From Yuukianura sp. NJ FZ-2021 (Eukaryota), in the NCBI GenBank assembly GCA_046563655.1, contig CM102283.1, forward strand, positions 4,464,001-4,528,000: 64,000 nucleotides of DNA. Reading direction: 5' to 3'. Position 1 is the first letter of the stretch, and every line of letters starts with the position of its first letter. Shown here piece by piece: positions 43,164 to 53,494 of this stretch. Below the pieces are notes generated by a model, which was not told the DNA's origin, did no database searches, and saw nothing but the letters and a program-made list of their open reading frames with translations. The position numbers were made by a program, and so were the translations under genes.

Positions 43164-46100
43164 CAATCAATTTCCCCACATTTACGCTACGCAGTCCCAG
43201 TTTCACTACTTTACTACAATGTATCAGGTTTAGTTAACAAAAGTCTCGATTTTTACACTAATTTGATAAATATTAAACCAGTAATCTTTTGCCTGTCGGA
43301 GACTATGTCTTCTAGCCAATCTCCTTACCACAGAATACTAGCTGAAAACTACAATTTGGTAGTGGTTCCGGGCTACCGACCAAAACGTGGAAGACCATCA
43401 GGTGGACTTGTACTTGGATGGGAAAAAACACTGCATGGTATAGGTGTATCAGAAATTAATCATACGGAATATTATATTTTAGTTAGGCTAACAACACAAA
43501 CTATCACGTTCTTACTAGTATTTTTTTATTTATCTCCAGACAGTACACACTCGGTTAAGTTAACATCGCTATTTGAAGAGATCACTCATCATCGGGCACA
43601 CTATGACAAAATCATTTTAATGGGGGACGCCAACGCATGGACTGGTGAACTAAACACAGAGTTAGGGGCAGCACGGTGTAGCAAAGACGCACGAATAAAC
43701 GCCAAAGGAAAACAACTGCTCAAAGCAGCGGAAGAGTGCGGTTTTCAAATTGGAAATGGGGCATTGGCGGGAGATCTAGACGGAGAAATAACCTATACAA
43801 GCCGTACAGGCAACAAATGCGGCAGCAGCGTCATCGATCTCCTTCTATACACGCTACCAGCATCTATGTTCATCAGCTCCTTCAGAGTATTAGACTTCCC
43901 ACACTCGTCTCACTTCCCGATCCTAGCCGAACTCAACATCTCCAGACAACAAACTCTACAGAGAAATCTGACCGGAAGAATTATCACACCATCAAATCCC
44001 AGCCAATTGTTCAGTCTCAAAGAACAATTAAACTCAGCAATATGTAAAATAGTACCCACGGACGACGTTAACCAATTCTCCACTGCGATCGACAACAGCG
44101 TAAAGACTACCTGTAAATCCCTAGGGCTACTGAAGTGCTCCAGAAGGCAAACCACAAACATATCACTACCAAAATGGTTCGACGCGGAGTGCAAAAGCAT
44201 GAAGCACAAAGTCCTCAAGCAGCTCAGACACTACCGAAGAATTGAACCATACAAAAGCAGAAAAAAAGGCGAAGCTTTGGAAAACTACATCAATATAAAT
44301 TCCGAATACAAATCTCTCTGCAAATCGAAAGCCGAACTAGCACGCAGTGTAAAAGAGAAATCCCTGCACAACTCTCACAGACCGACAGAGTTTTGGAACG
44401 CCGTCAAGTCACTCCGCCAGCACCGAAGAAAGCCAAACTCCAGTATCACACAAACAGAATGGCAAAACCACTTCGGGAAGGTATACAATCCCACGTGCCA
44501 AAAACAATCTTCTTCACCCAACATCGAATACGACAACCCACATGGGAAAGACCCAATCCTAGATCCGGACTTCAACATGTTTGAACTCAAACTAGCCTTG
44601 AAAAGACTCAAAAACGCAAAGGCCCCAGGTCCAGATCTCATCCCTAATGAAATCTGGAAGCTTTTGTCAGGTCCGGCCCTAGAAAAAATTCTAAATCTGT
44701 TCCAAAACGTGTACAACTCAGGAATCGTCCCGCACGCATGGTCACAATCCAACGTGATTCCAGTTCACAAGAAAGGATGCCACGACGATCCCAGCAACTA
44801 CCGCCCTATCTCCCTACTCAGTACACTGCTAAAACTTTTCACGACGATCCTGGTGTCCAGATTTAATTCATGGATTAAAAAAAACAACAAGCTCTCGAAA
44901 TTCCAAGCAGGGTTTCAACGTGGAAAGAGCACCCTCGACCACATCTTCGTACTAAACTCCCTAATTCAGAAGCAATTCAAAAAGAACAAAAAACTCTACG
45001 TATGCTTCGTCGACTTGAGACAAGCATTCGACAGCCCAAACCACGGCTTACTATGGAGGTGCCTGGTAAACGAGAAAGTACCAAACAGATTTATCAAGGT
45101 ATTCAAAAGTCTATACGACCAAGCCGCCGCTCGTATCCTCACGGACGATGGGCAGACCGAAGAAATCAACATAGCGAGGGGAGTACTACAAGGCGAGTCA
45201 GCTAGTCCGGCACTTTTCAATATTTTCATGGAAGGGCTCTCTAAAATATACGAACGAACGTTCATCGCCGGTGTCAACCTCTCAAACACAACTATACACC
45301 ACTTGCTCTACGCAGATGACCTCGCCATCATAGCCCCTTCCGCGCATGCACTCCAAGAAAAGATTACTCTGGCATCCAACTTTTTCCAATCTCGCGCACT
45401 AGAAGTCAACTTATCCAAAACGCAAGTAGTAATATTCAGTAAATCAGGTCGCTCTTGCAAGACTGACAAGTTCACTTGGAGAAGGACGGCACTAAAAATA
45501 GTGAAACAATACACATACTTGGGAATTACTTTCACTTCGAACGGGAAATTCCAGACGCATGCTGGACTAGCAGTGACAAAAGGACACTCGGCAGGAGCCT
45601 CCGTCATTGCAGTTCTAAAGTTTCCTAGAATCTTCTCCCTGAGCTCATCCAAGTCGCTTCTCTCCTCCATACTACTACCGAACACACTGTACGCCGCAGG
45701 AATATGGGGGCTGACCCACGCCGAACAATTAGAGTCCACACAACAGAGGTTCTTAAAGAAACTAATTGGCCTTCCACGTAACACGCCAAAATACTTCGTT
45801 AGACTCGAAACAGGAATTCACCACGTCTCACTTACGGTGGCTAAGTTAGGGTACTTGTTCTGGACAAGAATACTTCGGGCGCAAGAAGGATCCCTAATAA
45901 AAGAAGCGTACCATGAGTTGAGAAAGGCGACAGCGTCCCCCATTTCAACAAACGAATGGAACTGGTGTGCCCAGATGAGTGAGATCTTCAAGTCGCTAGG
46001 ACTGAGCAGTATTTGGCAAGCAAATAATTATAATTTAGCAATAAGATCTTATAACAATTTTTTGTATCAACTCAGGGAGAAACTAGGCAAAGCCGACATG

Positions 46101-46511
46101 GCGTCAGTGGAACGATCCTACACAATGACGCACTACAAGTCCCTTCTTGGCTCGGACTTCACTGAAAAATTCTACTTCAAGGCCAACTTTCCCAGCTACG
46201 CCATTACGCGAATCGCCCAAATCCGTCTACAACGCAACAACGTCTTAAATCGGAGGACCTGGGTCAACCTGGGGGATTTTGTCGATCTACCCTGCAAATA
46301 CTGTGGTGAAACACTCTCCTTACGTCACGCGATGGTTATCTGCCCGCAACAAAACGAACCCAGAAAAACGTTCGCCAAACATCTAGATACATTACACCCC
46401 GCCACGAACTTTGAAAAACAACTGGAAAATATTGCATCTTCTCCCCACCCTCTTGAAACTTACAAAGCGCTCCACATATTCATGTGCAACATTTTGTCAA
46501 ATTACAATTAA
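43164..46511 (+). CDS. LINE ORF2: APE endonuclease, reverse transcriptase and C-terminal Cys/His motif; no AUG before the endonuclease
   Basis: Frame is open from 43164 (track starts at TTG 43263). APE motifs YYNVSGL, LSET, GDANA, VIDL, SSHFP. RT motifs KAPGPD, NYRPISLL, QAGF, FVDLRQAFD, GVLQG, YADD. C-terminal CKYC..H..ICP. Confidence 0.95.
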   Translation, partial: QSISPHLRYAVPVSLLYYNVSGLVNKSLDFYTNLINIKPVIFCLSETMSSSQSPYHRILAENYNLVVVPGYRPKRGRPSGGLVLGWEKTLHGIGVSEINHTEYYILVRLTTQTITFLLVFFYLSPDSTHSVKLTSLFEEITHHRAHYDKIILMGDANAWTGELNTELGAARCSKDARINAKGKQLLKAAEECGFQIGNGALAGDLDGEITYTSRTGNKCGSSVIDLLLYTLPASMFISSFRVLDFPHSSHFPILAELNISRQQTLQRNLTGRIITPSNPSQLFSLKEQLNSAICKIVPTDDVNQFSTAIDNSVKTTCKSLGLLKCSRRQTTNISLPKWFDAECKSMKHKVLKQLRHYRRIEPYKSRKKGEALENYININSEYKSLCKSKAELARSVKEKSLHNSHRPTEFWNAVKSLRQHRRKPNSSITQTEWQNHFGKVYNPTCQKQSSSPNIEYDNPHGKDPILDPDFNMFELKLALKRLKNAKAPGPDLIPNEIWKLLSGPALEKILNLFQNVYNSGIVPHAWSQSNVIPVHKKGCHDDPSNYRPISLLSTLLKLFTTILVSRFNSWIKKNNKLSKFQAGFQRGKSTLDHIFVLNSLIQKQFKKNKKLYVCFVDLRQAFDSPNHGLLWRCLVNEKVPNRFIKVFKSLYDQAAARILTDDGQTEEINIARGVLQGESASPALFNIFMEGLSKIYERTFIAGVNLSNTTIHHLLYADDLAIIAPSAHALQEKITLASNFFQSRALEVNLSKTQVVIFSKSGRSCKTDKFTWRRTALKIVKQYTYLGITFTSNGKFQTHAGLAVTKGHSAGASVIAVLKFPRIFSLSSSKSLLSSILLPNTLYAAGIWGLTHAEQLESTQQRFLKKLIGLPRNTPKYFVRLETGIHHVSLTVAKLGYLFWTRILRAQEGSLIKEAYHELRKATASPISTNEWNWCAQMSEIFKSLGLSSIWQANNYNLAIRSYNNFLYQLREKLGKADMASVERSYTMTHYKSLLGSDFTEKFYFKANFPSYAITRIAQIRLQRNNVLNRRTWVNLGDFVDLPCKYCGETLSLRHAMVICPQQNEPRKTFAKHLDTLHPATNFEKQLENIASSPHPLETYKALHIFMCNILSNYN

Positions 46512-46718
46512 GTATAGTTAATAGTATAGTTAAGCATAGTTAAGTATAAGTAGAGAAAGTAGAATAGATCGTTAGGTAATCATAAGGATAAACGAAAGTA
46601 ATCATATAACACAAAGAATAATACATAAGAAATCAAAAAGTGCCTTTAAAAAATAGCAAACTTGTTGATCAGGGTGTATCACCGAAAGTCAATAAATAAT
46701 CAATCAATCAAAAAAAAA

Positions 46719-49700
46719 ATTAAAACCCGCTTGCATTTGGACAAAGAGTAAAGCGGATTTTTTTCCAAAATTTCTGAGTGCGACCACTAGATTCTAAGGC
46801 GATACAGACACAGCTAAGTCCATTCTAACGGTATTGTACAATGGTGTTTGATATGCCGCCTTCTATTTTAGGAATAGTTTCGCTTGTGTTTTAAGTTGAA
46901 ATTAGATATGCTTTGGAACAGCTATTTTATTAAAACCCGCTTGCATTTGGACAAAAAGTAAAGCGGATTTTTTTCCAAAATTTCTGAGTGCGACCACTAG
47001 ATTCTAAGGCTATACAGACACAGCTAAGTCCATTCTAACGGTATTGTACAATGGTGTTTGATATGCCGCCTTCTATTTTAGGAATAGTTTCGCTTGTGTT
47101 TTAAGTTGAAATTAGATATGCTTTGGAACAGCTATTTTATTAAAACCCGCTTGCATTTGGACAAAGAGTAAAGCGGATTTTTTTCCAAAATTTCTGAGTG
47201 CGACCACTAGATTCTAAGGCTATACAGACACAGCTAAGTCCATTCTAACGGTATTGTACAATGGTGTTTGATAGGTGTTTGATATGCCGCCTTCTATTTT
47301 AGGAATAGTTTCGCTTGTGTTTTAAGTTGAAATTAGATATGCTTTGGAACAGCTATTTTATTAAAACCCGCTTGCATTTGGACAAAAAGTAAAGCGGATT
47401 TTTTTCCAAAATTTCTGAGTGCGACCACTAGATTCTAAGGCTATACAGACACAGCTAAGTCCATTCTAACGGTATTGTACAATGGTGTTTGATATGCCGC
47501 CTTCTATTTTAGGAATAGTTTCGCTTGTGTTTTAAGTTGAAATTAGATATGCTTTGGAACAGCTATTTTATTAAAACCCGCTTGCATTTGGACAAAGAGT
47601 AAAGCGGATTTTTTTCCAAAATTTCTGAGTGCGACCACTAGATTCTAAGGCTATACAGACACATCTAAGTCCATTCTAACGGTATTGTACAATGGTGTTT
47701 GATATGCCGCCTTCTATTTTAGGAATAGTTTCGCTTGTGTTTTAAGTTGAAATTAGATATGCTTTGGAACAGCTATTTTATTAAAACCCGCTTGCATTTG
47801 GACAAAAAGTAAAGCGGATTTTTTTCCAAAATTTCTGAGTGCGACCACTAGATTCTAAGGCTATACAGACACAGCTAAGTCCATTCTAACGCTATTATAC
47901 AATGGTGTTTGATATGCCGCCTTTTAGTTTCAGAGCAGTTTCGCCTGTGTTTTAAGTTGAAATTAGATATGCTTTGGAACAGCTATTTTATTAAAACCCG
48001 CTTGCATTTGGACAAAGAGTAAAGCGGATTTTTTTCCAAAATTTCTGAGTGCGACCACTAGATTCTAAGGCTATACAGACACAGCTAAGTCCATTCTAAC
48101 GGTATTGTACAATGGTGTTTGATATGCCGCCTTCTATTTTAGGAATAGTTTCGCTTGTGTTTTAAGTTGAAATTAGATATGCTTTGGAACAGCTATTTTA
48201 TTAAAACCCGCTTGCATTTGGACAAAGAGTAAAGCGGATTTTTTTTCAAAATTTCTGAGTGCGACCACTAGATTCTAAGGCTATACAGACACATCTAAGT
48301 CCATTCTAACGGTATTGTACAATGGTGTTTGATATGCCGCCTTCTATTTTAGGAATAGTTTCGCCTGTGTTTTTAGTTGAAGTTAGATATGCTTTGGAAC
48401 AGCTATTTTATTAAAACCCGCTTGCATTTGGACAAAGAGTAAAGCGGATTTTTTTTCAAAATTTCTGAGTGCGACCACTAGATTCTAAGGCTATACAGAC
48501 ACATCTAATTTCATTCTAACGGTATTGTACAATGGTGTTTGATATGTCGCCTTTTAGTTTAGGAACAGTTTCGCTTGTGTTTTAAGTTGAAATTAGATAT
48601 GCTTTGGAACAGCTATTTTATTAAAACCCGCTTGCATTTGGACAAAGAGTAAAGCGGATTTTTTTTTCAAAATTTCTGAGTGCGACCACTAGATTCTAAG
48701 GCTATACAGACACATCTAAGTCCATTCTAACGGTATTGTACAATGGTGTTTGATATGCCGCCTTCTATTTTAGGAATAGTTTCGCCTGTGTTTTTAGTTG
48801 AAGTTAGATATGCTTTGGAACAGCTATTTTATTAAAACCCGCTTGCATTTGGACAAAGAGTAAAGCGGATTTTTTTCCAAAATTTCTGAGTGCGACCACT
48901 AGATTCTAAGGCTATACAGACACATCTAATTCCATTCTAACGGTATTGTACAATGGTGTTTGATATGCCGCCTTCTATTTTAGGAATAGTTTCGCTTGTG
49001 TTTTAAGTTGAAATTAGATATGCTTTGCAACAGCTATTTTATTAAAACCCGCTTGCATTTGGACAACGAGTAAAGCGGATTTTTTTTCAAAATTTCTGTG
49101 TGCGACCACTAAATACTAAGGCTATACAGACACATCTCATTCCATTCTAACGCTATTATACAATAGTGTTTGATATGTCGCCTTCTATTTTAGGAATAGT
49201 TTCGCTTGTGTTTTAAGTTGAAATTAGATATGCTTTGGAACAGCTATTTTATTAAAACCCGCTTGCATTTGGACAATGAGTAAAGCGGATTTTTTTTCAA
49301 AATTTCTGAGTGCGACCACTAAATTCTAAGGCTATACAGACACATCTCATTCCATTCTAAAGCTATTATACAATGGTGTTTGATATGCCGCTTTTTAGTT
49401 TAGGAACAGTTTCGCCTGTGTTTTAAGTTGAAATTATATATGCTTTGGAACAGCTATTTTATTAAAACCCGCTTGCATTTGGACAAAGAGTAAAGCGGAT
49501 TTTTTCCCAAAATTTCTGAGTGCGACCACTAGATTCTAAGGCTATACAGACACATCTAAGTCCATTCTAACGGTATTGTACAATGGTGTTTGATATGCCG
49601 CCTTCTATTTTAGGAATAGTTTCGCTTGTGTTTTAAGTTGAAATTAGATATGCTTTGGAACAGCTATTTTATTAAAACCCGCTTGCATTTGGACAAAGAG

Positions 49701-51862
49701 TAAAGCGGATTGTTTTTCAAAATTTCTGAGTGCGACCACTAGATTCTAAGGCTATACAGACACATCTAATTCCATTCTAACGGTATTGTACAATGGTGTT
49801 TGATATGCCGCCTTCTATTTTAGGAATAGTTTCGCTTGTGTTTTAAGTTGAAATTAGATATGCTTTGCAACAGCTATTTTATTAAAACCCGCTTGCATTT
49901 GGACAACGAGTAAAGCGGATTTTTTTTCAAAATTTCTGAGTGCGACCACTAAATACTAAGGCTATACAGACACATCTCATTCCATTCTAACGCTATTATA
50001 CAATGGTGTTTGATGTGTCGCCTTCTATTTTAGGAATAGTTTCGCTTGTGTTTTAAGTTGAAATTAGATATGCTTTGGAACAGCTATTTTATTAAAACCC
50101 GCTTGCATTTGGACAAAGAGTAAAGCGGATTTTTTTCCAAAATTTCTGAGTGCGACCACTAGATTCTAAGGCTATACAGACACATCTAAGTCCATTCTAA
50201 CGGTATTGTACAATGGTGTTTGATATGCCGCCTTCTATTTTAGGAATAGTTTCGCTTGTGTTTTAAGTTGAAATTAGATATGCTTTGGAACAGCTATTTT
50301 ATTAAAACCCGCTTGCATTTGGACAAAGAGTAAAGCGGATTTATTTTCAAAATTTCTGAGTGCGACCACTAGATTCTAAGGCTATACAGACACATCTAAT
50401 TCCATTCTAACGGTATTGTACAATGGTGTTTGATATGCCGCCTTCTATTTTAGGAATAGTTTCGCTTGTGTTTTAAGTTGAAATTAGATATGCTTTGCAA
50501 CAGCTATTTTATTAAAACCCGCTTGCATTTGGACAACGAGTAAAGCGGATTTTTTTTTTCAAAATTTCTGAGTGCGACCACTAAATACTAAGGCTATACA
50601 GACACATCTCATTCCATTCTAACGCTATTATACAATGGTGTTTGATATGTCGCCTTCTATTTTAGGAATAGTTTCGCTTGTGTTTTAAGTTGAAATTAGA
50701 TATGCTTTGGAACAGCTATTTTATTAAAACCCGCTTGCATTTGGACAAAGAGTAAAGCGGATTTTTTTCCAAAATTTCTGAGTGCGACCACTAGATTCTA
50801 AGGCTATACAGACACATCTAAGTCCATTCTAACGGTATTGTACAATGGTGTTTGATATGCCGCCTTCTATTTTAGGAATAGTTTCGCTTGTGTTTTAAGT
50901 TGAAATTAGATATGCTTTGGAACAGCTATTTTATTAAAACCCGCTTGCATTTGGACAAAGAGTAAAGCGGATTTTTTTTTCAAAATTTCTGAGTGCGACC
51001 ACTAGATTCTAAGGCTATACAGACACATCTAATTCCATTCTAACGGTATTGTACAATGGTGTTTGATATGCCGCCTTCTATTTTAGGAATAGTTTCGCTT
51101 GTGTTTTAAGTTGAAATTAGATATGCTTTGCAACAGCTATTTTATTAAAACCCGCTTGCATTTGGACAACGAGTAAAGCGGATTTTTTTTCAAAATTTCT
51201 GAGTGCGACCACTAAATACTAAGGCTATACAGACACATCTCATTCCATTCTAACGCTATTATACAATGGTGTTTGATACGTCGCCTTCTATTTTAGGAAT
51301 AGTTTCGCTTGTGTTTTAAGTTGAAATTAGATATGCTTTGCAACAGCTATTTTATTAAAACACGCTTGCATTTGGACAACGAGTAAAGCGGTTTTTTTTT
51401 CAAAATTTCTGAGTGCGACCACTAAATACTAAGGCTATACAGACACATTCCATTCCATTCTAACGCTATTATACAATGGTGTTTGATATGTCGCCTTTTA
51501 GTTTAGGAACAGTTTCGCCTGTGTTTTAAGTTGAAATTATATATGCTTTGGAACAGCTATTTTATTAAAACCCGCTTGCATTTGGACAAAGAGTAACGCG
51601 GTTTTTTTCCAAAATTTCTGAGTGCGATCACTAGATTCTAAGGCTATACAGACACATCTAATTCCATTCTAACGGTATTGTACAATGGTGTTTGATATGC
51701 CGCATTCTATTTTAGGAATAGTTTCGCTTGTGTTTTAAGTTGAAATTAGATATGCTTTGCAACAGCTATTTTATTATAACACGCTTGCATTTGGACAACG
51801 AGTAAAGCGGTTTTTTTTTCAAAATTTCTGAGTGCGACCACTAAATACTAAGGCTATACAGA
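46719..51862. repeat. 210-bp satellite, segment 3 (~24 copies, more diverged edge of array)
   Basis: Same monomer; ends abruptly at ...AGGCTATACAGA (51862). Confidence 0.99.
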
Positions 51863-51957
51863 AGTAGATAGCTGGGTAGGACAACCGCATACTCCTATTT
51901 TTAGAACAGCCACGGGGGTTAGTCGGCCGCAATATTGGGGAGGGAAAAAACTCACAA

Positions 51958-52058
51958 CAACAAAAAATGTCGTCAACAAAAAAGTCGACAACAAAAATGT
52001 CGACAAAAAAGATCGAAAACAAAAATGTCGATAACAAAAAAGTCGACAACAAAAAACA
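51958..52058. repeat. Subterminal ~15-bp tandem repeat CAACAAAAAWGTCGA, about 6 copies
   Basis: Directly visible, about 100 bp inside the junction. Confidence 0.9.
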
Positions 52059-52087
52059 AGTAGTGAAATTTTTGTATAGAAAATTCG

Positions 52088-52229
52088 AACATTGACTCTA
52101 GCCTAGTGTCTAAGTGCTTGTAACTACTTCTCTACGACCGCTGGTTCGAATACCACACGGGTCAACGCTTGTGGTTAAGAAGTTACAAGTACTTAGATAC
52201 AAGACTGGGGTCAATGTTATTATTTTTTT
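52088..52229 (+). ncRNA. Candidate Pol III-transcribed hairpin RNA (VA-RNA-like architecture)
   Basis: 38-bp terminal stem (52088-52125 with 52181-52218), A-box-like TAGCCTAGTG (52099), B-box-like GGTTCGAATACC (52143) and a T7 run at 52223-52229. Confidence 0.5.
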
Positions 52230-52442
52230 ATTTATTTTTAGTTAAGGATTGAGTTCTTGGAAAAATATCTTTTCTCAAGAAAAACGTTTTTTCTTGAAAA
52301 GTTCTCAAAATAACATTTCTTTAGAAAAAAACGTTTTTGAAAAATTTCAAAATAGCATTTCAAACGTTGTCCAAGTAGTACTTAAACAGCGAGTTTTGAG
52401 ACTAGCAATCATCAGTTCTGAAACCAGTCTCAATCTGCAACC

Positions 52443-53312
52443 ATGACCGTGGAAGGGTTTCGACCTTATATGGAAGTTTTAACGCCTTTTAGTGACATGG
52501 AGGATGTCATTGCAGTGAAGATTGCTGAACACTCAATTCTGCTAGCAGCAGAGGAACTCCCGACCGTGGTCGAAAAGCTGGTTAAAGCATACATCGAAGC
52601 TGGGAGAATGATGGAGGATCTTCCACATTTTGAAAGAATCATGGCAAGGAACCGCAAGAATGGATTCCTGAAGTTATTCCGAGTTCTAGAAAGACCACCA
52701 GCATCGGAAATCCAAATAATGAAAGAAAAGCTCGATACGCCACTTCTTCCAATCCACTGCATTAAAAACGAATCAGACCAAGTGTTTCTTATTAGAAGCG
52801 GTGGTCCTCTCACAGTGAACATCAGTGATATTCCTCTTCTGGTGGAATCGCTTCTAAAGTGTGGTTGCTTTCCTACTTCTTATCCGGAAAGGAATCTGGA
52901 CGAGCTTATTCATGAAACTAAGCGTGTTTTCCTCAATAAGCTGCGCAAGGAAGCCCTCAACACTTGTGCGAACAGAATTAAAAGCAAAATTGGGAAAGTC
53001 GTAGGGATACAGCCAGACAAGAAAATTCATCCGTACAAAAGTGAAAAACGAAGTATTTTTCAGCGATTTAATTGCTGCTGTCCAACAGTTGATGATACTC
53101 TGAAGCCACGCTATCGGATGCACATAACGGACGTTACCAAAGACCAACAAGAACGTATTAACAAATCAAGGATTGTTTCAGAAGGAGATTTTGGAGATGC
53201 TCAACTTGCCAACATCGAAAATTACCGATTAGCGCCATATTCCTCTCAAGCCGTCCACATGATTGTTCATCATAGTGAACGAGATCATTCTGCATATGAC
53301 ATTTTTTGTTAG
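52443..53312 (+). CDS. Hypothetical protein, 289 aa (element-borne orphan)
   Basis: Uninterrupted ORF with CAACCATG start context, Inr-like TCAGTT about 30 bp upstream and AATAAA at 53359. No domain recognised. Confidence 0.7.
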   Translation: MTVEGFRPYMEVLTPFSDMEDVIAVKIAEHSILLAAEELPTVVEKLVKAYIEAGRMMEDLPHFERIMARNRKNGFLKLFRVLERPPASEIQIMKEKLDTPLLPIHCIKNESDQVFLIRSGGPLTVNISDIPLLVESLLKCGCFPTSYPERNLDELIHETKRVFLNKLRKEALNTCANRIKSKIGKVVGIQPDKKIHPYKSEKRSIFQRFNCCCPTVDDTLKPRYRMHITDVTKDQQERINKSRIVSEGDFGDAQLANIENYRLAPYSSQAVHMIVHHSERDHSAYDIFC

Positions 53313-53494
53313 CTGAATTTCTGTTATTTAATGGTTTAGTATTACACTTTTACACTTGAATAAAATCCAGGATTTTAAATTATTTGTCACATTGAAAATT
53401 CATTTATTGGATTCATATTGTAAATTTAAACAAGATTTAAACACCAAATAATAAATCAATGTTGTATAAAATTGTAATTTTTTGTTGTTGAAAT

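Larger units (their letters stand above)
41962..46718 (+). mobile_element. Apparently full-length non-LTR retrotransposon (APE-type LINE, RTEX-like)
   Basis: 16-bp TSD ATTAAAACCCGCTTGC (41946-41961 and 46719-46734), ~360-bp 5'UTR, ORF1, ORF2, AATAAA at 46691, (AATC)3 and an A-tail. Clade inferred from KRGRPSGG, KWFDAEC and the C-terminal CxxC..H..C motif. Confidence 0.95.

Noticed and set aside
46665-46696. Hammerhead ribozyme at the LINE 3' end (TTGATCA-GGGTG/CACC-GAAA)
   Set aside because: The core deviates from CUGANGA at key positions and stems I and III are not evident; more likely the ordinary 3' recognition stem-loop.
1-51862. CRISPR array or coding tandem repeat
   Set aside because: Whole 210-bp units repeat with no unique spacers, no cas genes and no ORFs; the context is eukaryotic.
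51819-52446. Short ORFs of 77 and 65 aa at the junction
   Set aside because: They have non-ATG starts, low-complexity or repeat-derived sequence, and one crosses into the satellite.
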